From Antedon mediterranea (Eukaryota; Animalia; Echinodermata): a stretch of DNA of 64,000 bases. The notes beneath the pieces were generated by a model. The model saw only the letters and a list, made by a program, of their open reading frames with translations, was not told the origin of the DNA and did not search any database. Below are positions 13,011-25,896 of this stretch, piece by piece; the first letter of the stretch is position 1, and each line of letters starts with the position of its first letter. Made by a program: the position numbers and the translations under genes. The stretch covers positions 14,083,045 through 14,147,044 of the forward strand of contig NC_092680.1 of NCBI RefSeq assembly GCF_964355755.1, in the 5' to 3' direction.

Positions 13011-16000
13011 AGCAACTTGAAACCAAGATAAGAAAATAATAGTGGCAAAAGAAATTACATGCAATGTGTTTTTTAAAAATACAGTAGTTTTTGACCAGCT
13101 TTTAAAATATAAATATCTGCCAGCCCAGTGTATTATACATTTTTGCATCATAATAACAAAATTGTTGGGCTCGGTAAAATTTTATCTTATATGCTAGACT
13201 TCAATTATTGGGTAGTTTAATTAGCTGTGAATACAGTATTTTCCTTTGAGTAGAGTAATCTATTCAAGCAATTGTTCAGTGTGGTAAGACAACTCATCTG
13301 TGCATAGAGATCTCAATATAGGCATAACAAAAGCAAATTGAGGTTTTTTTTTAGTTTCGCTTTTTTTATCCGATATATTTCATAAAGTGACTTTGTTTTC
13401 TATTTGTGAAAGTCAAATTCTTTGTTAGATTTTTGGTGCAATTTTATCTAATAAAACAAAGTGATAGTTTTAAAGGTATTGATAATTGAGTGGTTCTAAT
13501 TAGAGTAATTTTAATAGAATAATTGAGCTAATTAGCTTTGCCATGATAATTTATAAAATTGCAATATATACACATTATATAAACAGAGCTCGCCCATAAC
13601 CAGAATAAATGATACTTTAGACGTCTCTTTTTCCAATATATGTGTACTTAAATTTTTATTTTTTTTTTATTATATTTTTCTGTTAAGTTTTGTTGTAAAA
13701 TAATAATGATATGTAATTTATTTATTTGCAATGATGGTTTATTTTGGTTAAATAATCGTGCAGATGGTTTGTGCCCAGCATGCATATTTATATTTAGTGC
13801 AATAGGTGTTATCTTTTGAATTTGTAGTTATTTAGATGCTTTTCTGTATAGTTTGTAGCTGATTAATTTGCTTTGTGAAAATTACAATTACAACCAACAA
13901 ATCAATGTATTTTTTTAAATTTGCTTAGAATTGGCAATAATATTTTAGTAAGGTAACCTGAACAACATTATTTTCAAAATTAGTTTGTTTTGTGAACAGT
14001 ACAAGATGATTACCGTTATTCAAATAAAAGTTTTTTAGAATTGGTAAGAATATTTCAATAATGTAATTTTTTTCAAACTGTATTTAAATCGATTGATTAT
14101 TGATCCTTTTGATGTAAAATGAGTCACTGTAAAATTACACTGATAATTATCATCAAAAATTCCAATCAGAAAAATGATAAAATGTGATGAAAATAATAAT
14201 AATTTATTGATAAATAAATTGTTTACAGTGATACATTTTGAGTTTTAGGTACAATTATTCAGGCATGTTTGTATTGTAATAATGCATGATTATTTACATG
14301 AATAATTGATAAATTCATATGTCTTGATGTCTTCTTCAAAATTGAACTACATTATGTAGAATAAATCTAATTGATTACAAAAGTATAGTTTATGCAATTG
14401 AAAACTAGTAAAAAAGTATAAAATTAGAAAATGTTGTAAAGAAAACAATTGGCAATACTATGTTATAGTAGTAGATGTTTAGAATTTTAAAAACTATAAT
14501 ATAACTAAATTCTCTAAATTGTTTAGATCATAAATAGTGTTTTTAAAGTAGTTTTTTGACAAAAATGACCGTAGGCCTACAAAAATAGTAGCTACATAAG
14601 AATATGTGTAATTGGGTGAATAATCTGTGAAAATTACCTTGTATTTTACATAATGATTAATTATACAAATGTATTGTGTAAATTAATGTAACCATGCATG
14701 CTTATAGAAGCTTAGACAATTCCTTTACGGTATTTGTATTTTTTCTTAAAAGATGTTAAAAACTGTCCATGCAAGGTTTTAGCTGAGAAACTTTTTGCTG
14801 GTCCACTCTAATTGGTTACTATTAATTCTGACAATTTGGTGATATTTTTGGTTACTTTAAATTATGTTTATTAATTATTAATGATGTACTGTATTATGTT
14901 CAGTAGAAGGGAACATGTGTGATAAACTTACTTGGAATAATATGAAATTGTTTTGAATTTGTGGGTTTCACTTTATAATTTTGTTAATTTGTAATTTATT
15001 TCACTATTCCTTGGTGGATATTGGTCTGTGTTAATTTATAGTTTATTTATATAATTAAATTTATTCTTCTTGAGGACATAGCATGTATAAAATGTTGCTA
15101 TACTGATTTTATGTTGGAAAATCAATATGTAAAACTGTCAAAGACCTATTTCACTCCATTGCTTCTGTAGGACAACTATTTTAGACTATAGAAATTGTCC
15201 AAACATAAATTATTAAATATTCATAGAACAGTGTAAAAGAATTGTCATAGAATTTAGGTACAGTAACATAATAATGAAATTTACTCCGTAATATCGTACC
15301 ACAAATTAATTGCACCACCTACAGACATTGATAATAAGATGCTTTTACATATGCATGTTTACCTTTCTGTGTCTATGTTTACAAAGCGCAGTCAATACAT
15401 TGATTTGGTATTACAAACATGACTTTCATCTCTTATGTAAAAATAAAAAAGCATGTTTCTAATTTATTTAAACTGAATAAATAAAATTTTATTGATTTAA
15501 TAAATATCTTTGTGATTAATAACTAGGTGTATTTAGTAAATTTTAAATCAATAACTGATAATCCAAATAAAATGTAGGTTTGATGGATTATTTCTATAAA
15601 TGAAAACAAAAATCATTCATGTTCATCACTTCTTAATTTACACGAGTAAATGTTGTGTCAACTCGTCGCCCAAAAAGGGAGGTACCAACAAACATAATTT
15701 TCTGTTCTTGATGTGCTTATTTGGTGCCGCGAGTTTGTATATGTTGATGCAATGTACCGCTTGCATGAAATAAAGATAAAATAAATCGCATCTATGTAGT
15801 TATTGTGTTTATGTATTGAAGTTCAACTTATCTATATATTTATTTCAATATTTATAATAAATGCGATGACAAAGGTAAAGATATTAACCTAAAATGAGTT
15901 GAAACAATTAAATTAAGCATTACCGACGCAATGTAAGAAAATGCCCCCCAACAATTGTGTGAAATTACCTGCTTAGTTCGCACATCCGCTAGTTCTAGTT

Positions 16001-16254
16001 GCAAAAGACTATGACCTGATTCAACCAAGGCAATCTAACAACAGGACACTGAGCTCGCCTTACAGTCGTTTGATCTTATGGCTAGCTGCGACATACTATG
16101 TACATGTTCTCTGTGGCACACCTTTTCTGTTAAGATGCTTATCCACAGATAAACCTTTTGATCTCGGAAGCTCAGCACCCTGATTGTCTTGGTTCAAACC
16201 GCGTACTTAACTACACGCTATACTATGTACCAGTGTTTTTGAGTTGTTGTATAA

Positions 16255-17030
16255 TTATAGTGTGACCCACCATTTCCGGTGACAGTGGTATTTTACTCTA
16301 GTAGCTAGATCAACTTTCGTATGCACTTAAACTTTGAGGTCCAGAGAATTTGACTTCAGAAATTGGTTTAGGGTGGTCAAACAATCATTTTTGGCTTGGT
16401 TACACATTTTGAAAATGTGGCAAAAGGTCAGGGTCAAAGGTCATAAGACCAAACACCATTAGGTCCTTAAATCTCGAGTTTTGATCTCAAATTGATCACA
16501 ACGTTACATTTATATTCAGTCTAATGGGACATTTTAGTCAAAAATGACAGGAAATGCCATTTCTGACCTTTGACCCACAACCCAAGACATGTATGCATCA
16601 GGGAGACTCTGTATGCATCTCCGTAACTACTGGTTGTAGACACTTCAATTTGGTCTTAAATTGTTCGAAATATACATTTTGTTATTTATTACACGTTTTG
16701 AAAATTGTTACAATAGGTCAGATGGTCAGGGTCAAGGTTTATATGAACAAATATAAATAGGTACTTGTATCTCGGCAACCACTGGTCGCAGCAAGTCAAT
16801 TTTGATCTCAAAATGTTCAGAAGGCATGCATTCATATTCAGTCTAATGGGGGAATTTTAGTAAAAAGTGATCATAAATGCCATTTGTGACCTTTGACCCA
16901 CATACCAGGGCATCTTCATATCTCTGTAAGTACTGGACGTACATACATACATATTATAAGGCGGCACCAGGCGTATTTTGAGGTACTTTTAAGATATGAC
17001 GCGCCATTTGGAGATGGAGACGCTCTAGTG
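16255..17030. mobile_element. Probable Helentron/Helitron2-like non-autonomous element with internal ~330-bp duplication
   Basis: Repeated ggtcaaaggtca/tgacctttgacc motifs, duplicated block (tatattcagtctaatggg at ~16510 and ~16833), ends in ...ctctagt. Confidence 0.45.
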
Positions 17031-17329
17031 TATCTATTTTTCCTTAAAGAGCACTATACTGAACAACCATAGTTGATAGATGGGAGAACTATCGATCTCC
17101 ACAGTATCCCCATAATAATATACTCTATTTAAAGTTATCACAGCTAGTGATAATGTATTTAACGTATGCTATTAATCTTTTACCTTTTTTTGTATATGGT
17201 CATTTAATTTATGAGAAATGTGTACACCGAGATATTTATATGATTCAGTTTCAGATATAAAGCCATTACCTAATTTCCATTGTCTTACTTTATCAACACG
17301 TTTACCAGTTATCAATATATTTTATTTTT

Positions 17330-17760
17330 AAAAATGTAACCAAAATGTCCATATCTTAGCAAAATGTCCTGCAAGATCTAACATTCTTTTCATTTCTTGT
17401 GAAGTTCTTGGGCTAATAATACAATATCATCAGCCTAAAAAAGGCTACCCATCCATGTATCATTTACTCTAATACCTATATACGGTAATTGGATCTTAAC
17501 GTTTTGAGAAACTCATTTATGTAGATGTTAAATAGAACAGAACGCACCCTTGTTTTACTCCTTGATCAATATCAAAGATATCTGTATCAATTAGGCCTAT
17601 ACCAGAAGAGACTTTAACTTTAACATTAGCATAAAGCTTATCAATCATCATCCATACCTTTCCTCTTATACCTGTATTCCAAATCGACTTCAATAAACCG
17701 TCTCTCCATACACTATCATGGTGCTTTTCGGAATTCCAAGAAGGCCATGCATGTAGGCCT
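17330..17760 (-). pseudogene. Decayed non-LTR (LINE) reverse transcriptase fragment
   Basis: FxKAxDSVWRDGLL, GIRGKVW, GVKQGCVL, then xADDIVLL-like motif near 17420-17440; stops and frameshifts. Confidence 0.85.
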
Positions 17761-17847
17761 ATGCTTACCATGTTGTAAACGACAAGTTGCTATACTCTTT
17801 AAAAAAAGATATGATTTTCGCATAGGAAGGTCGAAAGCCTTGTTGAA

Positions 17848-18180
17848 CCCACAAATGTGAAAACGTCCACAAATGTGAAAACGACCACAAATGTGAAAAG
17901 GTATCACCCACAAATGTGAAAACGACCACAAATGTGAAAACGCATTTCCCACAAATGTGAAAACGACCACAAATGTTAACACGCATCACCCACAAATGTG
18001 AAAACGACCACAAATGTGAACACGCATCACCCACAAATGTGAAAACAACCACAAATGTGAAAACGCATCACCCACAAATGTAATAAACAGCGCCCAAAAA
18101 TGTGAGAACAACCATCGCCCACAAATGCGATAACGCCCACAAATGTAAAAAAAGGGAGACTTTTTCCGCCCACAAATGAA
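17848..18180. repeat. Minisatellite of 18/21-bp units built on ccacaaatgtgaaaacg
   Basis: Read directly. Confidence 0.9.
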
Positions 18181-19611
18181 AAAAAAAATCAAATCAAATT
18201 TAGTGTTAGACTCAAACAATTTTGATCGAGTTAATATATTATATCATGTGTATTCACGATACGTCTGTTAATGCGTTTAATTATTACTATTTTGCTGCTT
18301 CTGTGCGCGCGATATTTGCATTAACGCATTGGTTTAATGTACGTAATAGTTCAAGACGATATTTGTTATTTGCTGCGCGCATGCACGATGCTTCAAGGTC
18401 AAAGCCATGTTATTTTATTGGTTGTTAACTCATTGGCTTACTATTACGTACGTATAGTTCCAAATAAAACATTTACAATATAATACTTTGTTAAAACTGT
18501 TCTTGTTATACAGTAGTCGATTGAAATAGTAAAGTACATGTAACGATACACACGACGTATGTATATTTTTATAATGATTAATTAATACAAACGTTGAGAA
18601 GCAACTGTCAGTAATAACATTTTTTTTGTATATTATGTATTTATATATCTAACAGTAGAGCCTACCCACAGTCACAGTAATAACGTTTATTTGTATATAT
18701 TTTTATATATCTAACAGTACCCACACTCACATTAAAACATTTTCGATTCCCGGAATGGCGACTAAAAATGATTTGATTTGCCCTGATTTGATCTCATAAC
18801 TTTTTATTTGATGTTGTATGAGTAGGCCTAATAAAGTTTATTTTGTATTCTTGATGTACACATCAGTAGGCCTAATTCGCTGGTTGGATGGTGACCGAAA
18901 ACGTGCGTGGATCTAAAATTATCGGAAAGTCACTTTTAGTGTTGATTATTTCTAATCATAAGCATTTGTCGAAATAATGCGCCCTCTATTTACCAAGGAA
19001 TTTGAAGCTTCAAAAACAGATTGGAATGTTCCATTCATCGCAAATCAATACATTTGTAAACGTATATTAAAATCTATCAAAATAGTATTTTTTTTTAATA
19101 TCAACAGTATGATGCTGTACTCAAGCTATTCAACCTGTTTTCAGCTATTAAAAACAATTATCGTAGGCGGAGATAGGTAAATGCAAAGCATCCTCGTATT
19201 TTATGTGAGGGTATTTTTCAATATGTACATCCATTAAACAGTCTATACCACGATTGAAAAACACCCCTATTTGGGGCAAATCGTTGAACCTAAATTCGTT
19301 TTAATTATTGTAAATAACTAATTATCTAACTCAATTTAATTAGTAAACAGGGTTACATCAGGTGGTTAAAATCAGTACCAAAATACGAACCAACTTTAAT
19401 ATTATCAAGTAAACATTCTAGAAGTAACTCGCGATTTACCGAATTTTTCCCTTACATAAATTTATATAGGCCTATATAGATACAGGAAGTATAATTCCAC
19501 GCGTCGATCATTGGCTACTATAATAGGGAGGGAATTTCCCTTTTTTCAGAGTCACTATTGAAACTCACTCTTTTGGATGAAAATTGGACAGGTGCTACAA
19601 GTGCTATAACA

Positions 19612-19681
19612 ATGACTGCAATGTTTAAATGGATTGCTATTTTAGCAAGTGTAAACACAGTTATCTGTGGACCAACTACAG
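19612..19681 (+). CDS. SMPDL3: SMPDL3 exon 1 (signal peptide)
   Basis: ATG 19612, hydrophobic leader, gttagt donor, phase 1 matches exon 2. Confidence 0.75.
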
Positions 19682-22600
19682 GTTAGTAAGACAGAGATCA
19701 TTGGATTATAGTCGAACAAAGTACAATATCCGCCGTAAAGCAGCAAGTAACAAGCTATGCCCGGCTAGACTACACACCATGTTCATACAGAACTACTTCC
19801 AAAGTACGGCTTACGTACATTATTTCCTGATCAATGTTCAGTAAAATAACTCAAAATTAAATCTGTCCTCATAGTATAGCATACGTGTCACGATATAGGA
19901 TATCTTCAATGGCACACATTACACGCATTGTATAGCCTACGTGCCGTTTTGCCAAGAGGTTCTTGGTTTTTGCCCCACTAAAAGACAAATCTGAACCTAT
20001 CTATATGGTTTGTTGATACAATTCATGTTTTAGAGTGAGTGGCAAAGCGGTTAAGTGTGGCACAAATTTAATACAAATAATAATAATTTAATATAATACA
20101 TTAAGACCACATAAATTACAACACATATATTCTTGTCAAAGCACAGTGAAGTTTTATAAAATTAAATATATTGTTAATCGCAATGGAATCTTTGAGACGA
20201 ATAGGCCTAGAGGGTTAGTATACACACAGCCACTGTCACACACAGACATACATCATAATAACTCATCATGATGATTTATTGTCAGCCTACGTTGTTTAGG
20301 GTCACCCTCTATAAATAAGGTTGAATAATTATTATCTTGTTAAATGCGTATTGTCCCTTGAAACGCAAAAAATGAAGGATAAAATATTCTAAATTTAAAT
20401 TGGCCATATCAAAGTAATATTAAAGTTATTCACTTTAAGTCAAAAATTCGAGCCAACAGATGCTAATTAGGATTGTTTACAACTCGTCACGATTGAGAAG
20501 TAGATCGTGAGGAAGTTTTATGATTATGCATACAGAGTAGCCAAACAAGCGCGTTGCATTATGAGATATGTTTTGATCGAAAACTTTGACTAAAAGTCAA
20601 AGTTATTTTTTGAACCAAAAAAAACGTCTGTATTTCAGTTGAATGATTTTTTTTCCGACTTAATTACTGTAATCTTGTCACTGTCTTAGGGAGATGATAA
20701 AGATCAGCTGATAATAACAAAACGCACTGATATTTAATATGACAAAAAACAAACTGTAATGATATTCAACCAAAACCCCAATTCCAGCAGCTGGCAATCA
20801 ATTTGATTTTTTTGTTTAAAGTATAGTTTTTTCATGTAAATCATTTTTGGTCAAATTGGACTATTATGTGACATTAAAATCATTTTTTCAGGTGGACAAT
20901 AATAATACGAGGTTCTCTTTCTTAACTTCGCCAAATACATGGCCTACAATATTAGGGTTAATGTTTTTTTTAAACGTATCATTTCAGGGAAATTTTGGCA
21001 CGTTACAGACTTTCATTACGACCAATTTTATGGTGATGGTAGTTATCCAATGTCCAGTTGTCGAAAGATTGGACAACCAGATGTCCTGGGGGACTATGCC
21101 TGCGATTCTCCATGGTCGCTTATCAACGCTAGTGTGTATGCAATGAAAGAAATTGAACCAAACCCGGACTTCATTATATGGACAGGGTACGTTTGAGACC
21201 TAAATGTAATCAATTATCAAGGATTAAGTGAGATTGGTTACTTCCACATCTCTTTTATAGAAACGCTTCTCATACTTGACCACCTCTTGTCAGTGACGAC
21301 TCTTTTAAAGGACCACCTCTCTTAACGACCACCTCTTTTAAGGGACCACGACCTCTTTCTCTCTATTAAGGGACCGCTTCTCATAATCGACTATCTCCCG
21401 TCACAACGATCTCTCGTAAGTGACTACCTCTATTGAACGACCACATCTCTTTTATAGAAACGCTTCTCATACTTGACCACCTCTTGTCAGTGACGTCTCT
21501 GTTAAGTGGCCGCTTCTCATCATTGACCACCTCTCGTAAGCGACCGCCTCTTTTAACGACCACACCTCTCGTCAGTGAAGACCTCTTTTAAAGGACCGCC
21601 TCTCATAATCGACCACCTCTTGTATAGACACGGATGAATGCGTTCGTTTCGTTACTACAGTATTATTATGATGATCAAACGCATTCGATTCTGGAATTGC
21701 GACGGCGAGAAATTCACTTTTAACTTAAATTTTATCAGTTCCTGACAGAATTAAGCTTTAAAATTTGTAATATATTATTAATAATCAATTTCAAGCAGGT
21801 GGCTGCCCTCTGGTAGGATGTGTTGCTCTGGTAGGTAGGCCTATCTGGTGGTATCTGATGGTGTTTAGGACCGCAACAATAGCGGTTATATTTGTCTATG
21901 TATATATGGAATAATTAATGTTATGTCTGAAACTACAATGTTAGACTAATATGAAACATGTATGTCTTTTTTTTCGGAAGGGTTAGAACACTATAGTGTC
22001 AAATTCTTAATCAATTTAATTTACACTCAATTTTTAATAGTATACGTATGAAGGGCACGGCTAGCAGCGCGACGAGAGAGAACATTTTCGATTACCGCGT
22101 GAAAACAATTTCCATGGTTCTCCGTCACATTAATATTCATGTTTGGATTCAGACCCTTTATTATAGTTTCTGCCATAACCTAATAGGAAAAAAAATAATA
22201 CTGGCCGGATACAATTTTGTTTCCTGGCCGCGATATTTCTTTTCGTACATAAGTTGGGGACCCTCATGAAATTTAACAAAATAAACATAAATAGGGCCTA
22301 TTCTTGGTCAAACGCTTTCTGTCTGTGTAGTCGAGTGGATTAGACTATGGACTTTACATGTCAATGCATGGGTTTCGAATCCCATGAGCTATTCTTTTAA
22401 TTTATAGTGTGAGAGAGATTATTTAGAGGGCTAGGTTTAGTTATATTTAGATGGCAGTTCGGCTATCTTTCACATGGGGTCCCCAATTTATGTACGAAAA
22501 TATCGCTTCTCGGTCACCGGACCGAGGCGAGGTCAGTGTAAACGTGGCTATAGAATGCCGTTTACGCAACAATTCGATGATATGAATTTTATGACGCGAT

Positions 22601-25600
22601 ATGTGAATGAAATGCATGGATATGAATTGAATGACGCGATATGAATGAAATGTTTTAATGAAAATTCATATCATCATAATATTGCGTAAACGGCGTTCCA
22701 TACGTGGCTTTAATCGTTTTATTTCTAATCATAGGGATGATACTCCACATGTTCCAGACGCTATTCTCAGCCAAAGTTCAGTACTTTCTACAATCACCAA
22801 CATCACTGAACTCTTAATGGACGCATTCCCCGAGACCAAGTTCATACCAGTATTCGGCAATCATGACTATCACCCTAAGCATCAGTTTCCGCCGAACCCG
22901 ACCGATTTCTACAGTAATGTCACCGATCTGTGGAAGCCGTGGTTAGACAAATTTCCGAATGCTACCGAATTATTCCGAGAAAGTAAGTTTTGTCTACCTA
23001 CCATGACAACATACTTAATGCAAACTATTTCACTAATATCTCAGACATCTTGCGTCTCAATTTAGTATTATTGTAGAAGCAAGTTGTTTAATATTCGATA
23101 AAAACACGATAATATTTTGAAATATTAGAATTGAAAAAAATGCGTCGGAAGAATCGATTTTTATAAGGTACGAAAAATATCCGGGAAACTATTTAAAAAT
23201 TAGACCATTTTAAGGCCAATCTGTGAAAATTTCACTTGATTCTGGTAGGTATGTGAAAATTCACCCAATAAAAGTGAGCTCGGGTGAGGGGTGAGTCAAT
23301 GAGCTTAAACAACAACGTGTTATTTATATATCATATTAATATTGCTGTATAGAAGTGAAGAAATGCAAAGAAATCAAATAAATTATATTAGGCCTAAATG
23401 ATTATAATAAAGAGGAATTATTGTTCACATTTGTTTAGTTCTGATTGGCTGTGTAGGCCTAATTTTTCACAAAAAGTAGATGAAAATATTAATATGCATG
23501 CTATTTCAATTCGTCTAATGGAAAATTGGCTTAAGTGATTAAAATACTACATAAATGTACAATGATCAACTGAATCATATCCATACAGAAAGCTTCCAAA
23601 CAAGCAATGCATGGCTGTGAGAACAACCACCTTCAAATAACAAGGTACTCACATTTTTCGAAACAAGCAGTAACTGATAAAATTGACTTCAGAAATAAGC
23701 TACCATCAACAGAAAATTTAACAATACAGCACAATTTATACATTTTTGCACGGAAGAATTTTGACTCTACTGTTTTATAATGTACTTTTGGAAGGGGCAC
23801 CAATGGTTTTTGGCTATTTTTAGTCGCGTGGAAGCGACTCTATAGTTCACTATGTCGGTCGGTCGGTCTGTCTGTCTGTCTGTCGGTCTGTCTGTCGGTC
23901 TGTCTGTCTGTCTGTCGGTCCGGTATCACTATGCGTTTTATCGCTTTATGACCTTATCTTGATATCAGTTTAATCTAGCTAAGTCAATTTTTCACAGAAT
24001 ATTCCTTATGGCCAGGAATCGATGTGGTTATGTTTTCACGGTGCGCAATAAAAAATTACGCGGTCTACGCACGATTTAACGAAATCACGTTTGTAATCAT
24101 ATCTTAACAACCATGAATCACAATTAAATAAAATTTGGTACTCATAAATTTCAGGGCATAAATCATCATATGGCAATACAATTACGTGCGTAGCGCATGT
24201 AACGCATGCGTACGGGCGCTTAAAATTTTCACAATTTATTTTCGATGAAATAAGAGTACGTTTCAGGCAATTTTAAGCGTTTACAAAATTGCCATGAGTG
24301 CGCAGATTTGTGCGCGCGCACTGCGCGTTAAATGTTATTGCGCACTCTTTTTTCCCGATTTCTGTTTTCTTGACTTACTTTCCAACTCGAAATTACGTTA
24401 TACGAGCACGTCAAAAGTGACGGGCTACGCACGTGTAAATTAAAAAAATATAAATGTTTTTAAACATTTCAACATTTTTAAACATGTTCAGTAATTTCGG
24501 TCAGTATAGTTCACTATGTCGGTCGGTCCGTCTGTCTGTCGGTCTGTTTGTCTGTCGGTCCGGTATCACTATGCATTGTAGCACGCGACTTAATGGCTGT
24601 TGGCCTTGTTTCATTTCCATTCATTATATCATTTGCACAAATACAGAAAACAGTGCAAAACTTTGACAGAATGTATAGGCCAATAGTCACATCATTCTCG
24701 TAAATTGATGCTGTAGCAGATGGATAAAACTACAGTATTAAAGAACCTATTTGTACAATAGCTTATGAACTGGTAATTTCTACTGCTCCTCCTTAACAAT
24801 TCAAAAAAATCTAGATTTATATGCATCAATGATCTACGTTGTATTCGTTTATATTTTGATGACTATTGAACCAATCTGCTATTTGTAGGCCTACATGTAA
24901 CTCTACTAGAACTGTGTACAGCAGAATAGTATAGTATATAGTATATTCATCATAATGATAAAATGTCTACATAACATATAGTGTACTATAAAGTTGAATA
25001 GATTTAAATTGCATAAACAGTGCAGCTAATATATTTCAATTTAAATTAACATTTTATAGAAGCATAATATAAAATAAATGCTTCTTCCTAAAATTAAATT
25101 TCCTTTCATTTGAGACCAAACACGATGACATTTGAGGTCACTGAACATTGACCCTCAAAACTGACCGTTATGTACAACTCTGTTATTAATTGTCTTTGTC
25201 GACAAATTAATGGCATTTTATCGTTTGATTGCTCAAAAAGTATATAGGTTTGTCTTCACCCGACACGAGGCACGTCGTGCAGTACTTCATCCCATACGAG
25301 ATACCGGTACTGTAGATCTCCTATCTTACACAATGAATTATATATTATTTTAGAAACGTATTACACAGCAAAAATAGGACCTTATCGTTTTGCTGGTCTG
25401 AACACTGTGTTTTATTATACTAACGATAAACTGACCGTAAACTTGACGGACCCGGCTGGACAATTCAACTGGCTGGAACAAATGTTAACAGATGCTCGAC
25501 GTGATGACGAAATGGTAAGTAAGAGTAGGCCTACACTTGAGGTTTTTGCCATTTAAGGGAAGGGTTTTAACATTTTGTCCAAAATAGATTAAAGATTAAT

Positions 25601-25865
25601 AATTAAAATATTATAATCATGTGACCCTGGGAATTACTTCCGAAAGAGAAATTTGTCACAAAATGAGTCCAAATGTGTTGAGTCGAATTTAAACAAACCC
25701 AATTTGTGTTTTGTATGTAACATTAGGGTTGAGGAATGGGAAAGAGGATGGGTACCAAGAAGAACAATTTATATTCTTTATCCACTCAGTAACGATCATA
25801 TATTTGTTTTCATGATTTATACATATTAATATACCACTAAACACAGTAAAACATTTGCGATGTAA

Positions 25866-25896
<31 letters not shown>

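Noticed and set aside
16159-16177. 19-nt match to 5S rRNA (tgatctcggaagctcagca)
   Set aside because: Too short, and the flanks do not continue the 5S sequence convincingly
17848-18180. CRISPR-like repeats and His/Cys-rich ORFs (FHICGR, FSHLW)
   Set aside because: Simple minisatellite; the ORFs are repeat artefacts
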